A DNA stretch of 61,593 bases, counting the filler, from Aduncisulcus paluster (lineage: Eukaryota): the NCBI GenBank assembly GCA_024181965.1. It is 6 parts of 6 records of this genome, joined end to end, with 100 filler letters (N's around TTAATTAATTAA, not from the genome) between each part and the next. Parts side by side here need not be neighbours in the genome. Positions count along the whole stretch, not along the records: positions 47,060 to 54,770 come from BQXS01010845.1; positions 54,871 to 61,593 come from BQXS01010847.1; 4 more parts are not named here. One strand, 5' to 3'. The notes below the pieces were generated by a model. It was not told where the DNA came from, did not search any database, and saw nothing but the letters and a program-made list of their open reading frames with translations. The position numbers were made by a program, and so were the translations under genes. Shown here piece after piece: positions 47,060 through 57,800 of the stretch (position 1 is the first letter of the stretch; every line of letters starts with the position of its first letter).

Positions 47060-48990
47060 CTCTTCGTTTCAGCAACACCAACCATTCATCTATCGATACG
47101 ATGTATTTTGCTGGACGTCCCCTTGTTCCTTGGGTTTCATACAAATTATTCAGTAAACTTACACTCATGTGTATTATAGCCAACTTTATCTTTTTTAAAT
47201 TGGCAATTTGTCGATATTGATGCCGATTTGAGTGTGCCTTATGTTTCATGGGATGGCAAAACCACCTCCGGAATATAACGCTATCTTGCTACAAGGGAAT
47301 TATGATTATTAGCGTATATATGCTGGATAGTGTTACGAAACACCTTGTTAGAACTTCTCTCACTCGACAAATCGAAGTTCATGGCCGTGATTCCCTTGAA
47401 AGGGCCAAGATATTCTTGCGATGCTACCACTGCCAAATAGGTGTAGGTCAACGACAGTGAAATGGCTTGATATCCTAACATATTCGGAGATTCTAATTGA
47501 GCAAGTTTGATTGTTTTCATTGCACATGGAATAAATCCTTCAGCTAGAGATGAATTAAATTGTTTATAACTTTCATTTTGCAAAAATTCAATACATGATT
47601 TTCCACACGATGTTGGCGGATGAATCAACTTTAAAGCTGATAAATAAATTTCCCAATATTCAATAACCTTCATATATTCTCTTAACATTGAATCCCACCG
47701 TATTTTTGAATATTGAATAGGGCTATTTTTAGAAATCATTAATAATGCTCTATTTGCTTGCGATCCCGGACTTAGAGCTGACTTTAAATTCTCCAAAAAG
47801 TCTGGAATAACTTCAAAGAAATAGTCAAAATAACTTTTAATCAAGATATTTAACACATGTGCTATACACGGCTGCCAGCTGTAACCAAACCCATCCTCGA
47901 CCAAATCCTTACAAACCCTGATCATAAGGGGTTCTCTATCAGATATCAACGAAATAATTGAAGATCCCGTTATTCCTAGTTCTAGAAGCTTCGCTTTTAG
48001 CGCTGTGAAAACAGTATCTGTAGGTGATGGTGTTGACTTCTTAGCTAAAGAGGTGATACATTTATTGAAATAAAAGAGAGAGAGGTGATGGTTCTAAAAA
48101 TAGATAACCTTCTCATCAACAGATGGCAACATTTTAACGATCTCGCTTGAAACGCAGGCGAGATTCCTTTCAAGGTGTGCCATGATAAACCTTATCCTAT
48201 CTAGATCTGAGCCTGAACTTTTCTTTTTGGCTATCTCTGGCCATAGGGTGGAAATATTGTGATGCTCGGCTGAAAAAGATTTTTCTATTTCCCTTTGAAA
48301 TGCAAATGAAAATTGATGATCCTTAACATTTCCTATATTTACATATCCGATACCAACTGTGCCATTTATGCCATGCAATAGAATTCCGAGTACGTTCTTA
48401 CCTCTTGATATCGTTTTATCAAATATCAAACTGTAACATCCTCTTATTGTCTTTTTTCGAACATAATCAAGATGCATTTTCCCTCTACGATGTTGTATAT
48501 CATATAACGTGGATGTTTTAAGGATAACTGGTGCTTTTAATTTTTGAAGAAATTCTTGGACTTCTTTATCTAAAATTTTACATATCATGTGAATAGTTCC
48601 ACCATGTTCTGTTATCTTATCAACAATTAATTCTCTAAAATATCGCCTTTTTATCCTTATATCTTCTTCTGGGTTGGCTCTAATGGCTTCGTGATGCTTC
48701 ATTGATATAATGTGTCCTAGAAAAGATATTTTCGAATAAATATCCTGTGAACATACTGTACAGCGATAATGCATTGAAGAATCAGTGATTATCGTTCTAA
48801 AGTTGTCTACTACGTCTTGTTTCATTGCATCTAGAACCTCAGCTTTTTTCAAATTTTTGTTTTTTAATAAATAACGATAAGAAAGCCATATATACTTTGA
48901 TTTATATTTCCCCTCTAAACAATCTTTAATATTTTTGTATAATTCCATTTCAAATCCAACGATGACATGTGACATTTTTAAAACAATCAT
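47060..48990 (-). pseudogene. hAT-like DDE transposase (copy 1), disrupted by a solo LTR and a downstream stop/frameshift
   Basis: C2H2 finger CTVC-x12-H-x5-H, YSLIFDKT, SLISDREPLM, WQPCIAHVLN, KIRWDSM. ORFs 48094..48990 and 47281..47949 are in the same frame and rejoin when the 96-bp insertion is removed. Confidence 0.8.
48031..48121. mobile_element. 91-bp solo LTR with 5-bp TSD
   Basis: Ends TGTTGA...TCAACA (6-bp inverted), flanked by GATGG at 48026-48030 and 48122-48126. Absent from the homologous position of transposase copy 2 (MLPS|PTDTV vs VLPTGTDIL). Confidence 0.88.
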
Positions 48991-49143
48991 TTGGATGTGG
49001 TAACCAGTTATTCTAAGATTTTATTAAATTATAATAAAATAAAATAAAAATGATATAAATATATGAGATTATATTAAGTATTAATGATTCATTTTAACAT
49101 TGTCAAAAAAAGCCGGAACCCTCTGGTGGTTAGAATAATTACA

Positions 49144-50558
49144 GAACGGGCATCGAGGTGGGGAGCGTGGCTTGGGAGTTCTCTGGGCTTGGGGTGCAGT
49201 GAAATATTCATTGGGATGTCTCGGTGTGGGCCTGATGGGCCTCTGTATGTCATAGTCGAGACTGGCTGAGAACTTGGCACATACATTGGCACATAGGAGC
49301 GTAATTGGTGACCCACAGGTGGAACTGATTGTGGAACTGGTTGTGGAGCTTGTGTGGCAGTGAAGGCCCCACTGTGGTATCCTGACAACACTGGTGGAGC
49401 TGAATCATCCTCCCAGCTCTTCATAGCTTTGGCTTTGGTTCTATCACTTGGGGCTGCACTTGTGATACCCATGAGTTGGTCGTGGTGAGCCTTGTAATCA
49501 AGGGCACTTCTTAGACACATGTTTACATATGCTTTCACGTCGTCCAAGGCTTCTGATTGGAGTTGAAAGTCACCAGTGGGGCGATATCCTGGACCTCGAG
49601 CCACTTCAATGGCTCTCTGGACCCTTTTAGTGAATGGCACTGGGCCCAAGTTTCTCACAAACAAATCAACCATATTGCGATGGTGTGTAGGGCTATTCCT
49701 GATGATTAACCTATGCTCTTCACATAGTTTGGTCCATTCATAGCAATACGTTAATATTTGTGAGGCAGAGATGGATTGGCCGGTTGATTGGTACTTTATA
49801 GCCTCTAATTCAGCAAGAAGGTTTGGTATTTGATACAGGGACTTAAAATGGCGCTTTATGGCAGTCATAAACTCACAAATGGTGTGCCTGTCACATTCAG
49901 TTCGAGAAGGTCGTTTCTTCATGCCCATGGCGTCGTATATGCAATACATGCACGCTGGCTCAATAATTCTACTCAAACACGGCATTTTCACTCCTTCATG
50001 ACGATCAGAAAGGTCTTCAAATCTTCGAATGAAGTCAAGAACTTCCTTCTGATCTACGGATTCCAGACGGCCCAGTTTGATGTATGGCTCATCGGTAGTA
50101 ACTATTGGAGCTGCTTGGAGCGTTGGGGAGGCAGTCTTTTGTGGTGCAGACCCGATTTCAACTTCTTCATCTTTAGAGCATTTCAGGACTTCTTGCACAT
50201 CACTGTTGGTGCGGGGCTCTTCGATATCTTTATCTTTGGAGTCTTTTGGAGCGATTGGTGCAGATTCGACAGTGTCAATTTTGTCGATTTCAACAGGTGC
50301 AGAATCAGACTTTTCGGTCCGTATACAGCTTACCATTATCATAGTATAAAATATTCCCTCCGTCTCCTGAATATTTTCGATAATATTGTCTTTTCTTCCT
50401 CCTTGAAACATAAGGACAGAATTAGAACTGGGTTGGCCCGACGCTATGTCCTTTTTAAATAAGTATAAGCTTCTTATTGCTGCCGTCCTGTTGACTATCC
50501 TTGACGAACATTCCCTACAAGCCTCTTCTGGATTCAATTCTGCACCATAATCGACCAT
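49144..50558 (-). mobile_element. Retrotransposon gag-like ORF, 3' end truncated at a TGTAAT junction (49143)
   Basis: LGRLESVDQKEVLDFIRRFEDL...MVDLFVRNLGPVPF parallels ORF 54335 (PFLKSCSEENWREFKHEF...MDAYVKSLRPFPL); Pro/Gln-rich tail. Composition switches abruptly at 49143. Confidence 0.6.
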
Positions 50559-50631
50559 GATCTTTGAATTTTTTCTAATAAAACTTATTATAATCAAATA
50601 AATGTTATTTACTATCTTTTAGACACCATGG

Positions 50632-51349
50632 CTATAGTTCCGGATGTTCTTCCAGATACTTGTCCAGAGCTATTGATTTGTTGACTGTTTCTAGCCTTTC
50701 CCAGCTATTTTCCGACTCGTCAAACCGAACCAACGTACAAGGAATTCTATATCTTCCTTATTATCCCCTCTATGGTCTATAATTCCGTCTACAACATACT
50801 CGTTATCCTTCAGAGCAGCAATTTGTATAATTCTTCAGAAGTATGTCTCCCTTTTACAGAAATTAACCTCCTGATATGCACAAACAAATGCTGTTCATCA
50901 ATTAAGTTTTTAATCTCAACTCTAAATCTAGGAAGCATGTTAATAACTTCATAGGGGCCTCTTAATCTCTCAGATAACTTCGAGGATTTCTTTTGAGGCT
51001 TTAGCCAAACAAAATTACCCTTTTCAATACTCGGAAGTTTGACATTCTTTTGTCTTTCTTTTTTCATGCCTATCCTGTACTTCTCTCGCCAGTTCATGAA
51101 ATTTTTCCAGCTTGTCACTATATGTCTCCACAAATTCAATCGATCTCTCCTTAGTTTGTTTGTTGTTTAATTTTAAATCCTCAATATGAATAGATTTCTT
51201 GAATAAATCCATCATTTCTGTACCTTTACGTGCGAAAGCCATTTCGAAAGGAGTGAGACCCGTGCTACTATTTACCTGTGTATTCATATAAAAACAACAT
51301 ATGTAAATAGCTTCATCCCATTCATCCTTCCTAATCTTCCTCGAACCAA
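50632..51349 (-). pseudogene. Ty3/gypsy-type integrase C-terminus with GPY/F module and chromodomain, frameshifted
   Basis: WDEAI...MNTQVNSSTGLTPFEMAF; GNFVWLK..SKLSERLRGPYEV; VHIRRL; then, across frameshifts, EYVVDGIIDHRG..EFLVRW..DESENSWE chromodomain. Confidence 0.85.
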
Positions 51350-51386
51350 TGTAGAAATCATTCGGAAAAAAATTCAATGTTTTTGA

Positions 51387-51447
51387 AAGATTAGTATTTT
51401 GGCCAGGCTGGTTTATTCACACACACACACACAAGATTAGTATTTTG
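51387..51447 (+). mobile_element. 31-nt insertion with (CA)n tail flanked by a 15-bp direct repeat (non-LTR-type TSD)
   Basis: AAGATTAGTATTTTG at 51387-51401 and 51433-51447 surrounds GCCAGGCTGGTTTATT(CA)7C. Confidence 0.7.
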
Positions 51448-52457
51448 TCATCAAAAATTTTATCAATCTTAAAGCCTACCTTTACAACTAATTATAAATC
51501 TGTTAAAGTATGGCAAAATTATAAAGCAATTCGAAAATTGTCGTCATCGTTGAAAAAAGAAGATATTATTGTTATCATGGAACGAAAAGTGACAACCCAT
51601 TTCATATTGGAAAATGATTCCTCTAAAATGGCTATAAGATGTTGTGCCTGCTCCCAGGTATTAAAGGATTGGAAATCCTTTCGTTCTCACATCTTATCTC
51701 ATGACCATTTTAGAAATGTTACAAAAGAGATTTTAACAAAAGAAGGGGAAGTAATTGGGAAAATGAGATATAGGGAAAAATGTGTCGAACAAGCAATTAA
51801 ATCGGGAATACCAATCCCATCTTTAATTCAATTTATGATTTTGAAATTTCAGGATTTCCTGAAGGAATGGTTTACAACATACTCAAAACCTGTTGAGCTA
51901 TGTGCCTCAACGAGTTATGACAGTGCTCATAGAGTGAGTCAAAGATCTCTGTCCGAAGAGAGAAAGCAAGCTCTTTCTGGAGTATATTCGGTAATTTTAG
52001 ACAAAACAACAACACGAGGAAAATCTGTGTTGGCTATTTTAATATACAATGCGAAGAAAACGAAGCTGTTGGATATGTCGATATTGGCTCCATAAAGGAC
52101 GAAATGTGGACGAAAGCTTTTATGGATGAAGTATACAAATCATATGTCTCTGAATTGGCCTCAAAACACCAGCAAGAAACACCCGGAATAACAAAAGAAT
52201 TTAATATTACAGATTCGAAAGGAATCAAGAAAATATTTCGAAACATTACATGGATTTTGGGAAGTTTACCAGCAAAGATCCATGAAGTTCTCCCTACGGG
52301 AACTGATATACTCTGTACCTTAATTAAGAAAGCCTTTAAAGAAATTGGCAAAAAGAAAAGAGCAATAACATCAATAGTTACAGATCGTGAGCCCCTTATG
52401 GTTGCAGTGTCTAGACAATTGCAGGAAGAAGGATATGGGTTTACTTGGATACCATGC
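51445..52457 (+). pseudogene. hAT-like DDE transposase (copy 2), frameshifted at ~52060 and truncated by an LTR insertion at 52458
   Basis: CCAC-x12-H-x5-H, YSVILDKTTTRGKSVLAIL, shifted frame AVGYVDIGSIKDEMWTKAF aligning with copy 1 GIGYVNIGNVKDHQFSFAF, SIVTDREPLM, WIPC then break. Confidence 0.8.
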
Positions 52458-52540
52458 TGTTATAACTCTAATGAGTTGGCCAAATTTTATTAAATAAACA
52501 CACTGTTGTTGTTCTAAATATAGAACATGAGAATCTAACA
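52458..52540 (-). mobile_element. 83-bp 3' LTR of a chromodomain Ty3/gypsy element, preceded by a PPT
   Basis: TGTTA...TAACA inverted ends; minus-strand GGGGGAAG (52541-52548) abuts the TG end; internal AATAAA. The left end falls exactly where the hAT CxxH motif breaks. Confidence 0.75.
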
Positions 52541-52584
52541 CTTCCCCCAGAACAACAGCAGGTTCTTGCGAAATCCAAAAATAA

Positions 52585-52656
52585 AGCAGACATCGGGGTT
52601 CGAACCCGAATCCTTCAACTAGCAGGTAGACGCACTACCAGTTGAGCTATCTATGT
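52585..52656 (-). tRNA. Degenerate tRNA-like sequence (pseudo-tRNA / Pol III unit); anticodon unassignable
   Basis: ACATAGA-TA-GCTC-AACTGGTA-GTGC-G-TCTAC-CTGCTA-GTTGA-AGGAT-TCGGG-TTCGAAC-CCCGA-TGTCTGC-T. Intact A box, B box and T-arm; acceptor stem pairs only 4/7; 6-nt anticodon loop; followed by an oligo-T run. Confidence 0.75.
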
Positions 52657-53176
52657 GATTTGAAAAATTAGTCAAATGCCTTCAATGACAATTCGTCAGT
52701 TGGAAAAATCTTCAACCTTTTGATTTCTCCGCACTCTTGTAATTATTTAAAAACCTTTTATATAGATTTATACTCCCATATTTCGAGCTTGTTAAATATA
52801 TATATTATATATATTTTAAAAGATTCCTTCAACCAATAGAAGAAGCATCTTTCCTATCTCCGTCATCTTTGGAGCTAGAAAGAATCTAACGTCATTTTTG
52901 AGCTCTCTGAAAGCTTGTCCTTTATATAAATATGTTAAACTGTAGATTCAGAATTCGATAATTTTTTGCTCATCGGTCAACTGTATCTCTCAATTCCACG
53001 GTGTTCGACCTGATTTGTTCCGAAAGAAAATTCTAATTTAGACTCTCTTCCCCCATAATGTTGTTATAATTTCATTATGATGATGTTTAATTTGGCTTGA
53101 TCTGATCATCCAATAATCACAACAACCCGACTATTTCTCGTCGATACTTCCTAAGAACAACATTATAACTCGATAT

Positions 53177-54241
53177 TTATCGCAATTTAACAGATTTCTC
53201 CCCTAATCTTCTCTTCAATGTTGGGTTTTTTTCCAGATAAATATCCATCTGTTCTTTCAGACTTTTCGCCTCATCCCACGAAATATCAGCCGGTTCCTCA
53301 TCTGGGAACCCTTTCCATGTGATTTTAAAACGAATTGCTCGCCTTCTTCCATACCTGTGTCCCACGATCTCAGCCACTTCCCATTCACCCTCATCTCTTG
53401 ACTGAACTCGCAATAATTCCTCCTCTGATTCTCTTAGAGTGACTTTTCTTGTACGATCCACCCCGATCTCTTGAGCGTTGTGCCCTTGGAGGTTTTCTAT
53501 CCTCACCCTCCACTTTGATATTATCTCCACAACCCGCCAAGGCCCCCTCATTCTCGGTGCGTCCTTGGTTGGGATACTCTCTTCATGATCTATTAAAACT
53601 AGATCTCCCACCTTGAGTGGCTCTTCTATGTTTCTTTCCATGGCTGTGCGCCTCCGCTGATAGAGTTTGAGTTGGTGGGCTCTTGCAGCCTCACGAGCTC
53701 CCTCAATATAGAAATTTGCTCTGTGGAGAACTTTGTGCTCCTCCAGTGTCTCTTGCGGGGGTTCCCCCCAGTCGTGTACTGTTCCCGTTTCTTCCCTCAT
53801 TCTTTTTCCGAAAAGAGCTTCGTATGGACTCATACCTATGGAACTATGGAGTCTTCTATTAATGATCTGCATTGAGACGGCAGCGAACACGGAGTAGTCC
53901 CTCTCATCCTTTTGCATTCTTTCAATCCTTAAAAGTCTTCTTATCGATCCAATTGCTCTCTCAACCATGCCGTTTTCCCGATGATGGTGCGGAAGAGTGA
54001 ATTTTTGTGTATATCCGAGAGCTTTTGAAAGGCAGTTGTGTAATCCATTCTTGAATTGGCTTCCATTATCAGATCTTATCGTCATTGGTGTTCCATATCG
54101 ACCGAATATGTATGTCAAAAGTGCCATTGCAGCCTCTTCTGACCCCACAGAGATCACTGGAATGATCTCTATGAACCTGGTGAAGCTATCCACGACGACC
54201 AATAAATACTTAAACCCATTGGCATCTTCCGGAAGTGGTCC
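53177..54241 (-). mobile_element. Ty3/gypsy-type integrase (rve core, GPY/F module, chromodomain); uninterrupted ORF, 5'-truncated by an insertion at 54242
   Basis: GPLPEDANGFKYLLVVVDSFTRF, RYGTPMTIRSDNGSQF, HHHRENGMVERAIG, HSSIGMSPYEALFG, GDLVLI..RMRGPWRV, EWEVAEIVGHR..FKITWKGF. Confidence 0.92.
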
Positions 54242-54770
54242 TGTAATATAAGTAAATTTGCTAACGGTATAAATAGTATCGGTTTGCTTTATTTTAGAAT
54301 CATCACAATTTGATCAAATTCAATACATTCGAAAATGGAAAAAACCGTTTTACTTGAGGATAGACCCCCGTTCTTGAAATCGTGTTCCGAAGAAAATTGG
54401 AGAGAGTTCAAGCATGAATTCACGCAATTTCGAGCTCGACATAAAGGGGTAGTATTTGAAAATTGCATGAAGCCCACCACTTTCAGGATTTTACAGATTC
54501 GGACAAAATCAAAAGGAGTGTTGGCTAAAACAGATGTAGACAAATTTATTTCGGAAGTAGATAAATTATTTGCTTCGAAACCAATTGAAATGGTATTGGG
54601 AACCCTCCGTTCCTTAAAGATGGAAGAGAAGTACTCAGTCGAGGTTCTAGAGAAGCATACGGACGATTTCTTACAAGCAGCTCAGAGTTTGAAAGATAGT
54701 GATGACACTGACACGAAGGAAATCTTGATGGACGCATACGTAAAGTCTTTACGACCTTTCCCCTTGAAAG
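54242..54770 (+). mobile_element. 5' end of another LTR element: short LTR-like box starting TGTAAT, then a gag-like ORF (54335 onward, 3'-partial)
   Basis: The integrase is cut at TGTAAT (54242). TATAAATA inside; candidate LTR ends ATCACA (54307) or AATACA (54327). The ORF resembles the gag-like ORF at 49144-50558. Confidence 0.6.
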
Positions 54771-54870
54771 NNNNNNNNNNNNNNNNNNNNNNNNNNNNNN
54801 NNNNNNNNNNNNNNTTAATTAATTAANNNNNNNNNNNNNNNNNNNNNNNNNNNNNNNNNNNNNNNNNNNN
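54771..54870. other. Artificial contig linker
   Basis: N-TTAATTAATTAA-N cassette. Confidence 0.97.
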
Positions 54871-57800
54871 GGTGGATATTCCACACAATAGCCTCAGTGT
54901 AGCCAATACAACCCAATATACTTCCAAGGTCAATCCCACCCTCCCCCATGGGGGCCAACAACGATAGAGCCTTCCCAGACATGCTCTGTGGAGTGCTACT
55001 TGAGGCCTCCATTGCAGAGAGCGAGGAGGAAAGGAGTGGGTTGGAGAAAGCGGATGTTTCATTGGGCATCAGAACAGGTGGAGCTCTCATCGGGGAGAGA
55101 AGCAATGGAACGAGACGGGCAGACAGAGGGATGAAGGTAGGATTGCCTGGGAATCTAAACGGGGAATGTCCAAGAGAAGTGGGAGTAAGAGGAGCAGAAG
55201 GTTCGGTGGTGAGGTGTCTCATCTTTCCGGAGCCAACAGCTCTCTCAGAAGCCGCCACACGATCCTCAGCCTCTCTCCTCCTCTTCTCATCCTCTAACTT
55301 GAGTTCCTTGTCAATGAAGTCAATCTCGTCGGGATTAGCATTGCTTAACAAACGTGCAGCAGGGAAGGACAGAGCCATTAGTTTCCCCACGGCATCGGCA
55401 CGCTGACTCTTAGCACGACTCATCAACCAAGCTGCCAGAACATGGGTTACAGCAGGCTGAGCATAGGTTCCACGTGACAGAGGGGACTGAATAGATGCAA
55501 GAATGATGGATATATCATCGAACAAAGCAGGGCATGCCAAGATAAGGGATTCGATACAACTGAGTGAGGCGAAATCAAAGTCCGCAGCAGAGTAGACCTG
55601 GGCTGGAGAGACGTGAGGTACCTTGTGGATAGTGTTATCAGTGGAGACCAACTGTTTGACAGACTGTTTTAATATGCTCTCAAGGGTGTGGTTCAACTTG
55701 GTGATCATGTTAAACACTCGCACAGGCTTCACAAGCATGCACTGGGTGAATACATCACTTTCACTCGGACAAACATCATCAAACTCAAAATCATACTCAA
55801 TATCTTCCAGTTCTCCATCAGAATCATCATCATCAGCTCCTTCGCCAGCCACATCCTTGTCCTTAACGGGTTTCTTGGAACTTGAAATGCCAAGACTGCC
55901 CATGTCTGCAAAGATGGGTTCATCAATATCGGAAGACTCTTCTTCTTCCCTTCCAACGATCCCTTCTCCCTCTTTCTCTTTCTCCATGCGTCTCAAGGCC
56001 CTATTTTCATTGATAATCTCAATCTCCTCGAGCTTTCTTTGGCGTCTCTTATCGATATTCATTACAGAATGCTCAGTTAGAGTGCAAAGAGATGTCAAGA
56101 GAGGAATGTGAGAGGAAGGGTGGCTTGAAGGAGACAAAGAGAAAGGCGATGTCACGGTACTCACGAGGGTGTCAGCATACCAGCGACTGAGTACACGAAC
56201 ACGCACTCTCTGAAGAACATCTCCAATGACGATCAAGAGATCATCAACCCTCCCAAAGGTCACCAGCTGTTCAAGGAAGAAAGGACTTGTGAATACAGCA
56301 TTCTTGATGGGTTGTTGTTGGGACACAGAAGGGAATCCACCCTGTTTTAGAACCTTATTCATTACACGCTGATCATTCCGTGAAAGAGCAGTTGCATTAG
56401 AGAAGGCACCGATGATGATATTGTTGCAGGTATCTACACCGTACACTTCACGTTCGAAAGCATATTGTACACAGAGGGCAATCACAAGGATCAGCATAGA
56501 CGGAGAGACGGAGCGAAGACAAGTGTTGATAATGACTCTGACACCAGCATGGGAGTGGTAAGAGAGAGAGATCAAGGTCTTGATGAAAGGAATAGCTACT
56601 TCAAGGTCTGTCTTTGGGGCAAGAGGTTTGTCTTCTTCCTCAAAATCAATCATAGCAGTATTCTGGGGAGATTTAGAGGAGCTTCCAGGGGAAGGAGCAA
56701 GTGCATCCTCCTCTTCTTCCTCTTCTTCCTCCTCTTCTTCATCTCCTTTCTCTTCATCTCCTTTCTTCTCTTCTTCTTTCTCTTCCTTTTCATCATCTCC
56801 TTCCTCAATAATAACGTCATCAGGCTTCTTCACAGGACTCACTATAACCTTGTCTTCGTCAGAATCCTTTGGAAGATCCTCGTCCCCACCGGATAAGGCT
56901 TCATGTTCATCGTCTCTACTGCCTTCCACTTCTTTTGGAATAATATCCCTTCCAGAGGCTCTTGCAGAGGAGATATCTCTCGTGGCATCATCAGAAGTAC
57001 TCTCGTGGATCACAGGATGCTCGATTGTGAGGGGAGATTTGGGTGTCTTGGAGGAATGGTCCTTAGGAGGAGTAATGATGTGACGTTTTCCACGGATGGA
57101 CTTGATTGAAACAGATTTCTTCCCTTCAAACCCACAAACAAGATCTTTCACAAGGTCCTTTCCGTGAGTAATGTCACCATCGATGAAGCAACATCTTGAA
57201 CAGAGCTTTGTGATTCTAAAGAAGATATCTGCCTCACGCTGGGACGTGAAAGGAAGCACACTGGGGTTTGGATGGGTCAGAATCTCAGAGCAAGACGTGT
57301 ATTGGCCTGGATCTTGTACTTGGAGAGCATGAACAAGTCCTACAACACGGGGAGAGAGTATTTTGTATACCAAAGAGAGCTGGGGATACAAACATGTCTC
57401 GATAATGTTTGAGAATCTATTGAACTTTGCGTTGAGTGGATCCCTTCTGTCAGGATCGAAGCTATGGATCAGCTTCATCAGCAATACTCCAAGCTTACCA
57501 ACACAATAGAGACAACAAGAAAGGAAAGGAGCAAAAGATCCCTCAATAAGAATAGATTCCTCGTTGGGAGACAGATCAATCTTCCATTCTCCACTGGCTG
57601 GAAGCTTGCCACCCCACCCAGGCACACCACGCTTTACCATTTCTTCAATACTATCACTCTCATCTCGTAACGAATCAATGAGAATTTTGAATGGTTCTTT
57701 AATATCCTCAAACAGTTCATCGAGACCACATTTTCTGATCAGTCTGTAGATATGGGCTGGAATACAGAAGTCAAAGAGGAAAGGAGGGGAGACGACACGA

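Noticed and set aside
48094-48096. In-frame TAG between two same-frame transposase ORFs, suggesting readthrough or a TAR=Gln code
   Set aside because: The TAG lies inside the inserted 91-bp solo LTR. Host genes end normally in TAA, TAG and TGA.
51345-51491. Solo LTR 51350-51486 with ACCAA/ACTAA TSD
   Set aside because: Not accepted as a clean solo LTR. The left flank is integrase and the right flank is hAT coding sequence, and hAT homology may extend into the box, so the 4/5 match may be chance.
52585-52656. Possible amber-suppressor (CTA) or functional Ser/Ala tRNA
   Set aside because: No register gives a paired stem with a 7-nt loop centred on CTA, GCT or TGC, and the acceptor stem is broken.
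11872-54870. Five identical TTAATTAATTAA motifs; apparent clustering of ciliary genes (dynein-2, IFT122, TTLL, FAM228-like)
   Set aside because: The motifs are synthetic linkers inside N runs. The genes lie mostly on different contigs, so the clustering is not real.
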